Shown here piece after piece: positions 29,113 through 38,605 of a DNA stretch of 64,000 nt (positions are counted from its first letter, which is position 1; every line of letters begins with the position of its first letter). A program made the translations under genes and the position numbers. Below the pieces are notes generated by a model, which was not told where the DNA came from, did no database searches, and was given only the letters and a program-made list of their open reading frames with translations. Source of the DNA: Chloropicon primus (taxonomy: Eukaryota); the NCBI GenBank assembly GCA_023205875.1, contig CP060763.1, forward strand, positions 496,001-560,000, in the 5' to 3' direction.

Positions 29113-32100
29113 ATGGAAGACCGAGAGGGAGGGCCACGAACCCCTGCGGGGTCCAGGAGGACCATCCCTCTGATCCACTCCCCTCTTGGAGAAAGGAACG
29201 GGACGCCGTCTTCGTCATCTTTTTTCAAAGCCAAGGTGAAGACGGGGTTGGCCTACGACAAGTATTCTAACTCTGCGAGTGCTTCTTCTACGGCAACGAG
29301 GTACCACTCGTTATGGAGGGAGGCCGAGGACAGGGCAGCAGCACTGAGCGAGCAGCTGAAGATGCTGAGGGACAAGGACAAGGAGACGAGGGAGGACGTT
29401 GAGATGCAGAGGAAGCTGCTGAGAAAAGCTGCATCAGAGGTGAAGGTGGAGGTGGTGAGCATGCAGCAGGCCTTGAAGGATAAGGAGAACGAGCTCGAAG
29501 CTGCCAGGAAGGAAGCGGAGGAGGCCAGGACAAACCAAGGGAACCTCGAGAGCGACATCAAGCGGTACGAGGACAGGGTGGAAGATCTTGCCTCCGCTTT
29601 GAGAGGCGAGAAGGAAAGAGTGAAAGATCTAGCTGTCTTCGAGGAAGAGGTCAAGGTGTTGGAAACGCAGTCCGCGAAGCTCTACTCAGAAAAGGTGGTC
29701 ACCCTGGAGCAGAGCCTGGAGGACTTGTCACGCAAGCTCAACGACCTGTCTGCAGCTGAGCTCGAGGAGCCCTACCCGCAGGAAATGAAGTCGAACCACA
29801 TTTGGCAGCAGGCAACCAACGCAGCCAAAGCGAGGTCGAGAGGGCAGAGAGCAGCTGCTTTCGCGGGCCAGGCCAAGGCCGAAGCTCGCGTCTCGGCCCT
29901 GCAAAGGGAACTGGACTCCCAGATCCGAAGGAACTTGGGCCTGGAGAAGGAGGTCCGAGTCGCGAGGCTCAGGTCCTCGAGCACGGAGGAGAAATTAGAA
30001 GAGGAAGGGAAAAACCTGCTGACCTTGAGTCAGGAGCTCGAGGGGATGTCGAAGAAGTTTCAGGAGACGGAAGCAAAGTGCACAGACACGTCAGAGAGCT
30101 TCAACGCCTTTGTGGGGAAGACGAAGGAGCTGGCCGGCAGCCTCCTTTCTGAGATTGAGCCCATTGAAGCAGAAGAAGATTACGAGATTTCGTCCGCGAA
30201 TGACAGCGAAGGTGAGGACGGGGGTGAGGAGGACGGCCAATACAATGCAGCGTTCTCGTTTCTCGCGAGTGCTGTGCGGAAGTACAAAGCCGCGATGAAG
30301 TACACGAAAGCCTCCAGTAGAGCTCAATTGCAAGCTAGGGAGGTGGCCTTGAACGAGGTGAGGGAGGAGAGGGAGATCCACAGGAAGCAGATAAAGGATC
30401 TCAAAACCGGCGCCTCAGACCTTGAACGATTGAACGAGCAGCTTGAGGAAAAGGTGGACGACTTGGAGGCGCTGCTTGCTGCTACAACAAGCGCAAAGGA
30501 GAAGTCCATTGCGAGCGCTCAGCAAGACTTGGAAACGTCGAGGAAGGACGCCACTGATCTCATGGAGAGGACCGAAATGCTGGAAGATGAAAACCAGTCC
30601 CTGGTCACCAAGATCAGATCGCTGGAGGAGAAGCTGAGTGGGGAGAGGGCGAGCATGGAAACGTCGAGGAAGGACGCCACTGATCTCACGGAGAGGACCG
30701 AAATGCTGGAAGATGAAAACCAGTCCCTGGTCACCAAGATCAGATCGCTGGAGGAGAAGCTGAGTGGGGAGAGGGCAAGCATGGAAACGTCGAGGAAGGA
30801 CGCCACTGATCTCATGGAGAGGACCGAAATGCTGGAAGATGAAAACCAGTCCCTGGTCACCAAGATCAGATCGCTGGAGGAGAAGCTGAGTGGGGAGAGG
30901 GCAAGCATGGAAACGTCGAGGAAGGACGCCACTGATCTCATGGAGAGGACCATAATGCTGGAAGATGAAAACCAGTCCCTGGTCACCAAGATCAGATCGC
31001 TGGAGGAGAAGCTGAGTGGGGAGAGGGCAAGCATGGAAACGTCGAGGAAGGACGCCACTGATCTCATGGAGAGGACCATAATGCTGGAAGATGAAAACCA
31101 GTCCCTGGTCACCAAGATCAGATCGCTGGAGGAGAAGCTGAGTGGGGAGAGGGCAAGCATGGAAACGTCAAGGAAGGACGCCACTGATCTCATGGAGAGG
31201 ACCGAAATGCTGGAAGATGAAAACCAGTCCCTGGTCACCAAGATCAGATCGCTGGAGGAGAAGCTGAGTGGGGAGAGGGCGAGCATGGAAACGTCGAGGA
31301 AGGACGCCACTGATCTCATGGAGAGGACCGAAATGCTGGAAGATGAAAACCAGTCCCTGGTCACCAAGATCAGATCGCTGGAGGAGAAGCTGAGTGGGGA
31401 GAGGGCGAGCATAGCCAAGCTACAGAGTTCAACATTTTCAGAACAGAAAACAATCGCATTGTTGCAGCAAGAGCGTGACGAATCAGCGCAGAAGCTCGAG
31501 GACATCACACAGTCTTACGAGATAGAACGCTCTGACCTGGAGAACAGAAACGAGGAACTAGAGACACAAAAGGCGAAGCTCGAGGAAGTCGTGTCTTCCC
31601 AGTCCAGCGAAATCAAAGCAGCAGAGGCGTTGAGCATATCCTTGCGGCGGGAGTTTGAGAACCATGTTCGGGGCAGTGGAAAGAAAATGCAGCTTGCTGA
31701 AGAGAGCCTCGCGAGATACAAGGTCTCTCTGGAAGCGTCGCAAGAAGAAGCCAAGAACTTGCGATCGTCCAATGAACGACTAAACAGGTCCGTCGAAGGA
31801 ATCAAGACGAGGTTGGAGGGATCTATTTTGGAGGGTTCGGACAGGGAGAAGCATAGGCAATCCCTTCGGGATCTCTCCGACGCGCTGAAGAGCCAGATCA
31901 AAAATTTGGAGGAAGAGCTGGCAAGCAAAGATTTCGAGCTCCAGGACTCCCGGGCCGCTCAAGCAGACCTTGAGAGCAAGGTCAAGAGCTCCGCCGCAAA
32001 AATTGAGGAAGGCAAGGCGAAGATTCAAGAACTCAGCAACGAGATGAGTCAGCTGAGGGAGCGAGCTGGAGGGACAAGCACAGAGCGTGACGAGCTCATG

Positions 32101-33585
32101 GGGGACATTGCACACCTGGAGGCTTCGGTTAGATCCACGAAGGAATCCCTTGCCTCGGAGCAGCAAGCGAGTTCGAAGCAGAGCATCGAGATCGAGAAAC
32201 TGAAGGCTCACATCAGCGCGCTCGAGATTGAAGTGGAAAAGTACATCGAGCTGCTGACCCGCAGCAACTCCGACAAGGCGACCTACGAGGAGAAGTTTGG
32301 AGACCTGAAGGAACATTTATCGGAAGTAGAAGACGAGAAGGAGACGTACAATGAGCAGATCGGCATACTGAAGGAGAGTCTGGATCACAAGAATGAGCAG
32401 ATCAAGCTTTACGGCATTTCTTGCAGGGACATTCTCGTGCAGATCAAGGAATCGATTTCTCTGGCCTTCGGCGACCAGTTCCCTGGGGTGGTTAGCGGAG
32501 TTCACCTGGACGCCACTGACGGCGAGGCTGGCGGTTTTGATTTTGACGCGGAAGCGTACATCAGCATGAAGAAGCTCTGCGGCGAGGTCTTCCCCATCCT
32601 CAAGAGCCGGATGGATGACGACAAGGAGAGCATGAAGCAGATGAGGCAAGGTGTGGAGAACCTGAAGAGGGACTTGGGGCAATTGATGGCGAGGGAGACG
32701 GAACTCAAGAATAAGCTCGCCAAGCTCCAGGACGAGAGCTTCCGTTGCAAGGAGGAGCGTGACAATTCGGTGGGGTCCACGGAGATCCTTCAAGCCCAGA
32801 TCGCGGAGCTCAAGAGAGTGCTAGAGGAGACTGCGATGAAATCCACGGAGAGCGAAACCGAATTGCAGCGCAAGAACGCAGAGTTGGCTCACCTGAACGA
32901 GGACCTGGAGATGGCTCGGAGCCACAGGAAGGAAGTCAACAAGGTCGTGAACATGTTCCAAGAGGCCGAGAGGCACTTCTCGAGGCATTTCCTGGAGATG
33001 GAGAAGCAACTGGGCAAGATCAAAACCGGTGCCGAGAAGTTTGAAAACGTTACGAGGAACGTCAGGCAAAAGTCGGAGCTGCGCTCCATGGTGGATGAGA
33101 TCAGGCATCTCCAAGACCTATGCACCCACCAAAGAAATCTTATCGCGAGGTACGGCAGCCTCAGCGAGGAGTTTGGGATGATGGACGAGCACCACTCCGA
33201 GGTTTACGGGGAGATTGTGCAGCTCCAGCAAGAGTTGCGGTCCTGCAGCGAGGCATTCCAGGAGGGGAGTGCCGGCCGAATGGTGAAGTCGTCCTCAAAC
33301 GTCGGAAGGAAGAACAGGCCCTGGTGGCAGACTGTCCTAACCCTCCCCATCCGACTTCTCCCAGCTGTGGCGATGATCGCGTCGAGCAGGAAATCCAAGG
33401 AATTGCGCGAGAAGGCTGTGCAGCTCTTCCTCAAGGGCGGGCATAGCACCGCGGGGGCTCAGAGCCCTGTTGTGGAGAAAAAGCCTCTCGGCGCCAAGCC
33501 GTACCTCAACGGTTCTCCCAGCAAGTTTGATTTTTCTGTACCCAGGAATAGGGTGCTCATGCCAAACAAGGAGGAGGAGGAGTGA
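29113..33585 (+). CDS. Large coiled-coil protein (1490 aa) with 7 x 42-aa internal repeats and a C-terminal hydrophobic segment
   Basis: Uninterrupted ORF, heptad-rich, with RPWWQTVLTLPIRLLPAVAMIA near the C-terminus. Confidence 0.85.
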   Translation: MEDREGGPRTPAGSRRTIPLIHSPLGERNGTPSSSSFFKAKVKTGLAYDKYSNSASASSTATRYHSLWREAEDRAAALSEQLKMLRDKDKETREDVEMQRKLLRKAASEVKVEVVSMQQALKDKENELEAARKEAEEARTNQGNLESDIKRYEDRVEDLASALRGEKERVKDLAVFEEEVKVLETQSAKLYSEKVVTLEQSLEDLSRKLNDLSAAELEEPYPQEMKSNHIWQQATNAAKARSRGQRAAAFAGQAKAEARVSALQRELDSQIRRNLGLEKEVRVARLRSSSTEEKLEEEGKNLLTLSQELEGMSKKFQETEAKCTDTSESFNAFVGKTKELAGSLLSEIEPIEAEEDYEISSANDSEGEDGGEEDGQYNAAFSFLASAVRKYKAAMKYTKASSRAQLQAREVALNEVREEREIHRKQIKDLKTGASDLERLNEQLEEKVDDLEALLAATTSAKEKSIASAQQDLETSRKDATDLMERTEMLEDENQSLVTKIRSLEEKLSGERASMETSRKDATDLTERTEMLEDENQSLVTKIRSLEEKLSGERASMETSRKDATDLMERTEMLEDENQSLVTKIRSLEEKLSGERASMETSRKDATDLMERTIMLEDENQSLVTKIRSLEEKLSGERASMETSRKDATDLMERTIMLEDENQSLVTKIRSLEEKLSGERASMETSRKDATDLMERTEMLEDENQSLVTKIRSLEEKLSGERASMETSRKDATDLMERTEMLEDENQSLVTKIRSLEEKLSGERASIAKLQSSTFSEQKTIALLQQERDESAQKLEDITQSYEIERSDLENRNEELETQKAKLEEVVSSQSSEIKAAEALSISLRREFENHVRGSGKKMQLAEESLARYKVSLEASQEEAKNLRSSNERLNRSVEGIKTRLEGSILEGSDREKHRQSLRDLSDALKSQIKNLEEELASKDFELQDSRAAQADLESKVKSSAAKIEEGKAKIQELSNEMSQLRERAGGTSTERDELMGDIAHLEASVRSTKESLASEQQASSKQSIEIEKLKAHISALEIEVEKYIELLTRSNSDKATYEEKFGDLKEHLSEVEDEKETYNEQIGILKESLDHKNEQIKLYGISCRDILVQIKESISLAFGDQFPGVVSGVHLDATDGEAGGFDFDAEAYISMKKLCGEVFPILKSRMDDDKESMKQMRQGVENLKRDLGQLMARETELKNKLAKLQDESFRCKEERDNSVGSTEILQAQIAELKRVLEETAMKSTESETELQRKNAELAHLNEDLEMARSHRKEVNKVVNMFQEAERHFSRHFLEMEKQLGKIKTGAEKFENVTRNVRQKSELRSMVDEIRHLQDLCTHQRNLIARYGSLSEEFGMMDEHHSEVYGEIVQLQQELRSCSEAFQEGSAGRMVKSSSNVGRKNRPWWQTVLTLPIRLLPAVAMIASSRKSKELREKAVQLFLKGGHSTAGAQSPVVEKKPLGAKPYLNGSPSKFDFSVPRNRVLMPNKEEEE
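30531..31412 (+). repeat. Coding tandem repeat, 7 x 126 bp
   Basis: Units start at 30531, 30657, 30783, 30909, 31035, 31161 and 31287 and are near-identical. Confidence 0.97.
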
Positions 33586-33887
33586 GTGATGAAGCGGTTG
33601 ACCTGCAAGCGTACGGCCTCTGGCACATACCCTGCAACAAACGAAAACAAAAAACAAAAAGTCGTTGTCGTGTCGTTGTATATATCAATATTGTTTCTTT
33701 TTGTACGAAAGTGGAGCACCGATCACGCCCCCCCACCCCCCACCTTGCACTCTTCCCTCTTCGGAGTGATCCTGATCCCCACCTCGCAAGACCCCGGGCC
33801 ATGGCCTCTCTCTCACTCTGCTTTGCCAGGTCACCAAGAGAGAGGAGAGAGAGAGAGAGAGGAGGAAGAGAGTTAGAGAAGAACACG

Positions 33888-34757
33888 ATGTCGAAAGCGA
33901 TTGCAGGAGCTCTGCCAAAGATATTGGGCGTTATCGGTGCCGGCCAGATGGGTGCTGGGATCGCCCAACTCGCAGCGATGAATGGTTTTCGAGTCCTTCT
34001 GCAAGACGTGAGCGATGACGCACTGAGCAGGGGAATGAGCGGAATTGAGAAGTCCCTCTCGAGGTTCGTCAAGAAGGGCACGATCTCGGAGGAGGCCGCC
34101 AAGGCGTCCTTCGAGCAAATCGCGCCCAAGAGAGACCTGGAGTCCTTCGCCGAGGTCGATTTCGTGGTCGAGGCCGTGAAAGAATGCGAAACTTTGAAGC
34201 AAGATATCTTTGGATCCCTGGACCGGATCACCAGACCGGAAGCTATCCTTGCCTCCAACACGAGCTCCATCTCGATCACGAGGATTGCGAATGCGACGAG
34301 TAGGCCGGAGCTCGTCGTGGGAATGCACTTCATGAACCCCCCACCCATCATGAAGCTGGTGGAGCTCATCAGAGGAATGCAGACGTCCGACGAGGCGTTC
34401 CTGAGGGCAGAGACCTTTGCAGAGGCCCTGGGGAAGACGGTTTGCAGGTCAGAGGACCGCCCTGGGTTCATAGTGAATAGAATATTGATGCCCATGATTA
34501 ACGAATCGTTCGTGGCGCTGATGGAGGGGGTCGGTACGCCGGAGGACATCGATGCCGGCATGAAGCTCGGGACAAACCAACCTATGGGACCCCTCGCGCT
34601 GGCTGACTTCATAGGACTGGACACCTGCTTGTCCATCATGAGGGTTCTCCATGACGGTCTGGGTGACACCAAGTACAGGCCTTGCCCCCTTTTAGTGCAG
34701 TACGTTGACGCCGGCTGGCTCGGAAAGAAGACTGGAAGAGGAGTCTATCACTATTAA
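33888..34757 (+). CDS. 3-hydroxybutyryl-CoA / 3-hydroxyacyl-CoA dehydrogenase
   Basis: Rossmann motif GVIGAGQMGAGIA, with ASNTSSISIT, GMHFMNPP, PGFIVNRIL and PMGPLALADFIGLD. Confidence 0.96.
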   Translation: MSKAIAGALPKILGVIGAGQMGAGIAQLAAMNGFRVLLQDVSDDALSRGMSGIEKSLSRFVKKGTISEEAAKASFEQIAPKRDLESFAEVDFVVEAVKECETLKQDIFGSLDRITRPEAILASNTSSISITRIANATSRPELVVGMHFMNPPPIMKLVELIRGMQTSDEAFLRAETFAEALGKTVCRSEDRPGFIVNRILMPMINESFVALMEGVGTPEDIDAGMKLGTNQPMGPLALADFIGLDTCLSIMRVLHDGLGDTKYRPCPLLVQYVDAGWLGKKTGRGVYHY

Positions 34758-34836
34758 AAATTCTCCTTCGAATATACGACTGATGTTTTTGCTCTTGACG
34801 ACCCCGAGTGGATCCAGCCCGTGCTTCGCGCGCTGA

Positions 34837-36696
34837 TCACACGTCAGAAGGAGCGAGCTGCTTCCATTTCGCGGCAACGAGAAGCATGCTGAGCCCCGTG
34901 ATCACAAAGCAGGAGGTCAGAGGGACGAAGCCCGTGTGCGAATGCGTTGAGCTGTACACGTATCCCGCGATCGTGGGGGCCAGAATCCGACCGGCGGAAC
35001 CAGCAGACGCGAGATTTCCCATCCATATCCCCTGCTGCTCCTTGGACAAGACTTTTGAGAGGGCCGACACCACGACCGTCTGGGACAGGGGGTACCCGAG
35101 GCCCCACACCATTCCCACGCCGATCTCGAAGCGAGCGAGAGACATCTCGCGGTCGAGGCCTTCGCCATCGTGGGGGTCCAGGGTCAGCCCGAGGCCTGCG
35201 AGGATGAAGCCCAGACCGAGGAGCAGGGTGCTTCGATCTGGGAAATGCCCGCTGAGGTAATACACCCCGGCAAACACGATCAGGCCAAAGACGCCGATGA
35301 CAGTGAAGGTGATCGAAACCCGAAAGGGTGCGCCGTCCGCTCGCCACACCTTCTGGCTCGTGGACCCCGTGTACAAGTAAGAGATGATGTACGTGGACAG
35401 CGTCTCCAGCGTGGCGAGCACGGCGCGAACGGTGAAGTTCAGTAGAATGAAAATCACCACGATCCCGGGGACGTCAAGCAATTTCCTGAGGGAGGACGAC
35501 GAGCCCCCCTTCCCCGCGGCTTCCGCTGGGCCCCCGGGCGCCATGGCCTCCGTCTCCTGCGCGGCCTCCGCCTCTCGAGCCAAGGACTCCGTGCTCTCCG
35601 ACTTCTCCAACTGCATCAGGTACGGCTGAGAGGAGTTGTGGTACTTTGACCGTCCCAAACTTCTTCTCTCGCTGTTCGTCTGGTGCCCGGCCTCCGGGTC
35701 GAACAAGGTGTTTGGCACCGTCAGCAGGACGACGATACCGACCGCGTACGCGACAGTGAGCACAAACCCCGGAAGGTTGTACTTCGTGAGGCTCAGGGAC
35801 GCGATGCCGCCAAAGTCGATCATGCTGATGAAGGCCGTCAGCGTGAAGCCGGCGTACTGGAGCGCACACAGGATCGCAATGTAAGGCCCTCGCTCGGCTT
35901 TGCTCGTTTGCTTCGCGATGTACGCCCTGCCGACCCCGAGGACGGACGCCCCCACCCCCAACATCGTCCTGGAGGCCACGATCATGAACGTGGGGGAGAG
36001 AAACCCGTTCACGTGAACGTAAGAGGCGTACGTGTAGAGGAGATTGCAAATCGCGCAGATCGCCATCGAGAACAGGAGGACCTCGCCCGTGTTCCTCTGG
36101 TCCATCCAGTACCCGTAGACCGGCGCGGCGAGCAGGCGGCCTGCGCTGAAGCCGGCGTTGGCGACGCCCACCGCGCTCGACGTCCCACCGAATTTTGAAA
36201 GGTACCCTTGCAGCGTCGGGAGCACCAAGCCCCTGTTTCCGTCCCCCACCAGGACGATGAAGCAGATGAAGACCATCGAGACCCGGCGCCTCGCCCCCTC
36301 CCCGCCCAGCCTCGCCCAGCCGCCCAGCCGGCCCCCTTCCCGCTCCCCGAGCAGAGGATCGACCAGGTCCGTGGGTCTCAGACTACCTTTCCTGTCGAAG
36401 AAAGCGGCCCTCCAGGACCCGCCGAACCGGGGGGGCGAGGGGCACGGCGTGTCCGCCGCGGCCCTGGAAGCATCGTCCCGAGCGTGTTGAGCGCCCGTCG
36501 CCCACGCCCACCTCCCTCGGGGCCTCTCTTCCTCCCCTCCGCCTCCGAGACGATGGTAAGGGTCTTCGTCCCCAGCCTCACCAAGACTCCACTCCTCGAT
36601 CTCTCCGTCACCTCGCGGCGGCGTCCTCCCCCCGCGACCGCCGTCCTCCTCACCGACCAACTCCCGGACGACCATCAACCCGCTCTCCAGACTCAT
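34837..36696 (-). CDS. Major facilitator superfamily transporter (MFSD8-like)
   Basis: About 12 hydrophobic segments in two bundles with the MFS-like GSAGRILAP motif; ATG at 36696. Confidence 0.85.
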   Translation of the reverse strand: MSLESGLMVVRELVGEEDGGRGGRTPPRGDGEIEEWSLGEAGDEDPYHRLGGGGEEERPRGRWAWATGAQHARDDASRAAADTPCPSPPRFGGSWRAAFFDRKGSLRPTDLVDPLLGEREGGRLGGWARLGGEGARRRVSMVFICFIVLVGDGNRGLVLPTLQGYLSKFGGTSSAVGVANAGFSAGRLLAAPVYGYWMDQRNTGEVLLFSMAICAICNLLYTYASYVHVNGFLSPTFMIVASRTMLGVGASVLGVGRAYIAKQTSKAERGPYIAILCALQYAGFTLTAFISMIDFGGIASLSLTKYNLPGFVLTVAYAVGIVVLLTVPNTLFDPEAGHQTNSERRSLGRSKYHNSSQPYLMQLEKSESTESLAREAEAAQETEAMAPGGPAEAAGKGGSSSSLRKLLDVPGIVVIFILLNFTVRAVLATLETLSTYIISYLYTGSTSQKVWRADGAPFRVSITFTVIGVFGLIVFAGVYYLSGHFPDRSTLLLGLGFILAGLGLTLDPHDGEGLDREMSLARFEIGVGMVWGLGYPLSQTVVVSALSKVLSKEQQGIWMGNLASAGSAGRILAPTIAGYVYSSTHSHTGFVPLTSCFVITGLSMLLVAAKWKQLAPSDV

Positions 36697-36779
36697 GACG
36701 CCCTTCCCCTTCCCCTCGGTCAACTCCAACGCCAACGCTCTCGTAACGCCTCGGCCGTTACGGTCCCTCTCTTTTTTTC

Positions 36780-37560
36780 TGCTGCTGGTGGCTGCGACTC
36801 CCGATCCAAGAGAGCGAGCAAAGAGTTTTTGCTCTCAAGCCTGGTTCCGTTCTCGCAGCAGCAGGGGCGGTTGGTTGACGACGGTAACTGGGTCAGAGTG
36901 AAGGTCGAGCTGGAGGGCCTGCTCGAAGCCTCCAAGATGGACAGGTGGAACAAAATAGTGCTCAAGGATGCTGGTGGAGAGGGCTTTCAGCTCAGGATCG
37001 ATGGCATCGCTTTGGGACCCAAGTCCCACTCGGAGGCGGACCAAAAAGAGGGGACGTCCGGCGAGGCGGAGGTGTACAGCAAGCCCAGCGAGAAGGCCGT
37101 ACGCACCTGGCTGCCGGCGGAGCATGCACCTGGAAGCTTCGAGTTCGCTCGAACTGGCGAGGGCGACATGGAAGACAAGCTGCCGAGCATCGCCGAGCAT
37201 GCTTTGGAGGAGTTCACGTCCAAAAAATTGTGCGCGTCTTACAGCAGCCCAGTGGGGGTGTCACACATCTCAGATTCGGGGCTAAAAGAACCCAGTGGCT
37301 TTGCAGCCTCAAGGAGGTACAAGGGTATCATCTGGACACACCAAGACCGAGACACGGAGCCCTTCCTGTACGGTGTCATCGCCCACACAGGCGAAGTGGT
37401 CTCGAAGCTCTACGTCAACACAAAAAAGTATGGGGATACGGATTGGGAAGATATTGCAGTGGCGCTTTGTCCCGACAAAAGCGGAGACCACTGTCTCTGG
37501 ATCGCGGATAGCGGCAACGTGAGGCGGGACAGGGACATCTTCTACGTGCACGTTCTCCAT
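36780..37560 (+). pseudogene. Internal fragment of a beta-propeller protein, preceded by a CBM-like segment
   Basis: EPSGFAASRRYKGIIWTHQD...DWEDIAV...LWIADSGN is a recognisable propeller-repeat signature. There is no credible start, and the protein-like sequence breaks off at ~37560. Confidence 0.65.
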
Positions 37561-37675
37561 CTGGTGACAACGTCGTCTGGTAGGAAGGACACAGAGAGAG
37601 AAAAGGACGAAGGGGGACAACGTACCACCACGACGCTCGGTAGGGTATGGGCAGCTTGCTTTGCCTTAGAGAAAG

Positions 37676-38005
37676 ATGTTGAGACACGCCCAAAGGGGCG
37701 GGAGGGCTTACCCCTATTCTTCAAGTCAGGATCACCACAAGTCCAAACGTCGACCTCGCTTTAGCCCCAAGGCAAAAGTTATTGCTCTTCTGGGCTTGTT
37801 CTGCCTCATAGCAACGCGTGGGGTCCTCAGCGGCAGGGGTGGCTCTCCCGTTGAGGACAAGCAGCCGAAGGATCCGAATATAGTCCCTATAACGAGGGTC
37901 CCTGCTCGTTCGATCAGCAGTGTCAAGGAGTTTTTCGACAGGTATGGAGACCAAGTCGTCATCGTTGAGGGGGTAGTGCGTCACCACAAGGCCTTTGAGT
38001 TAGGT
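37676..38005 (+). pseudogene. 5' fragment of a membrane-anchored protein, possibly the start of a JmjC/cupin-8 protein
   Basis: ATG, TM segment VIALLGLFCLIA, then ITRVPARSISSVKEFFDRY..VVIVEGV; runs into non-coding-like sequence after ~38005. Confidence 0.4.
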
Positions 38006-38454
38006 CATGATCAACAAACACCCACCCTTATCCCTTATCTTGATCCGAGAAATCGTATTGTCATGTAACGTGACCCACCGATTATGATCCGAGTGGAGAG
38101 AGAGAAAGCAAAATCGTGAGGTTGCAGTGGGGGAGGCGGAGGCTGAGGGTCAAGGTCGTGCGGCCCAACGACGAGTGGATTGACAAGCAGAGGCTGGTGC
38201 CTCCGGCCGTAAGGTCCGTGGTCAAGGGGGTGGACAGAGTCTTTCATAGCATCTTCGGAGGGTAGTGGGCAGGGGTCCACGCTGTGTATTGTATGGATCA
38301 ATCATGATCGCCAGTTCACTAGGGGCTCCATCGGCGAGCCGTGGACCATGGCGATGGCGTGCAGCACGAGCCACCTCTCCGCGCCGTGGAGGGAGGGGAA
38401 GCAAAGGTGGACTCTCCCGAGCCTGAGAAAATAAGAGCGGCAACAAAAGGGGAG

Positions 38455-38560
38455 TTTATAAATACTACAAAAGCTGTGTTTTTTCCAAAAGTGATCCCAT
38501 GGCTTTTGGCGGGAATTTTGAAAATCGGCGGGAGGAGAAGCGAACCGAAAAACTAAAAGT
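38455..38560 (+). promoter_or_regulatory. AT-rich promoter of the nuclease ORF: TATAAATA, E2F-like TTTTGGCGGGAA and CHR-like TTTGAA
   Basis: TATAAATA at 38457-38464, TTTTGGCGGGAA at 38504-38515, TTTGAA at 38517-38522 and a second GGCGGGA at 38527-38533. Confidence 0.5.
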
Positions 38561-38605
38561 AACGGACGGGCGTCGAGGCCGAGGGACAGAAGACGGAGCG
38601 TGACC

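Noticed and set aside
30531..31412. Tandem array as CRISPR-like
   Set aside because: No unique spacers; these are contiguous in-frame coding repeats in a eukaryotic gene.
36208..37764. 518-aa ORF as a complete gene
   Set aside because: The first ~190 codons are antisense to the MFS gene and the tail is non-coding read-through; only the middle is genuine coding sequence.
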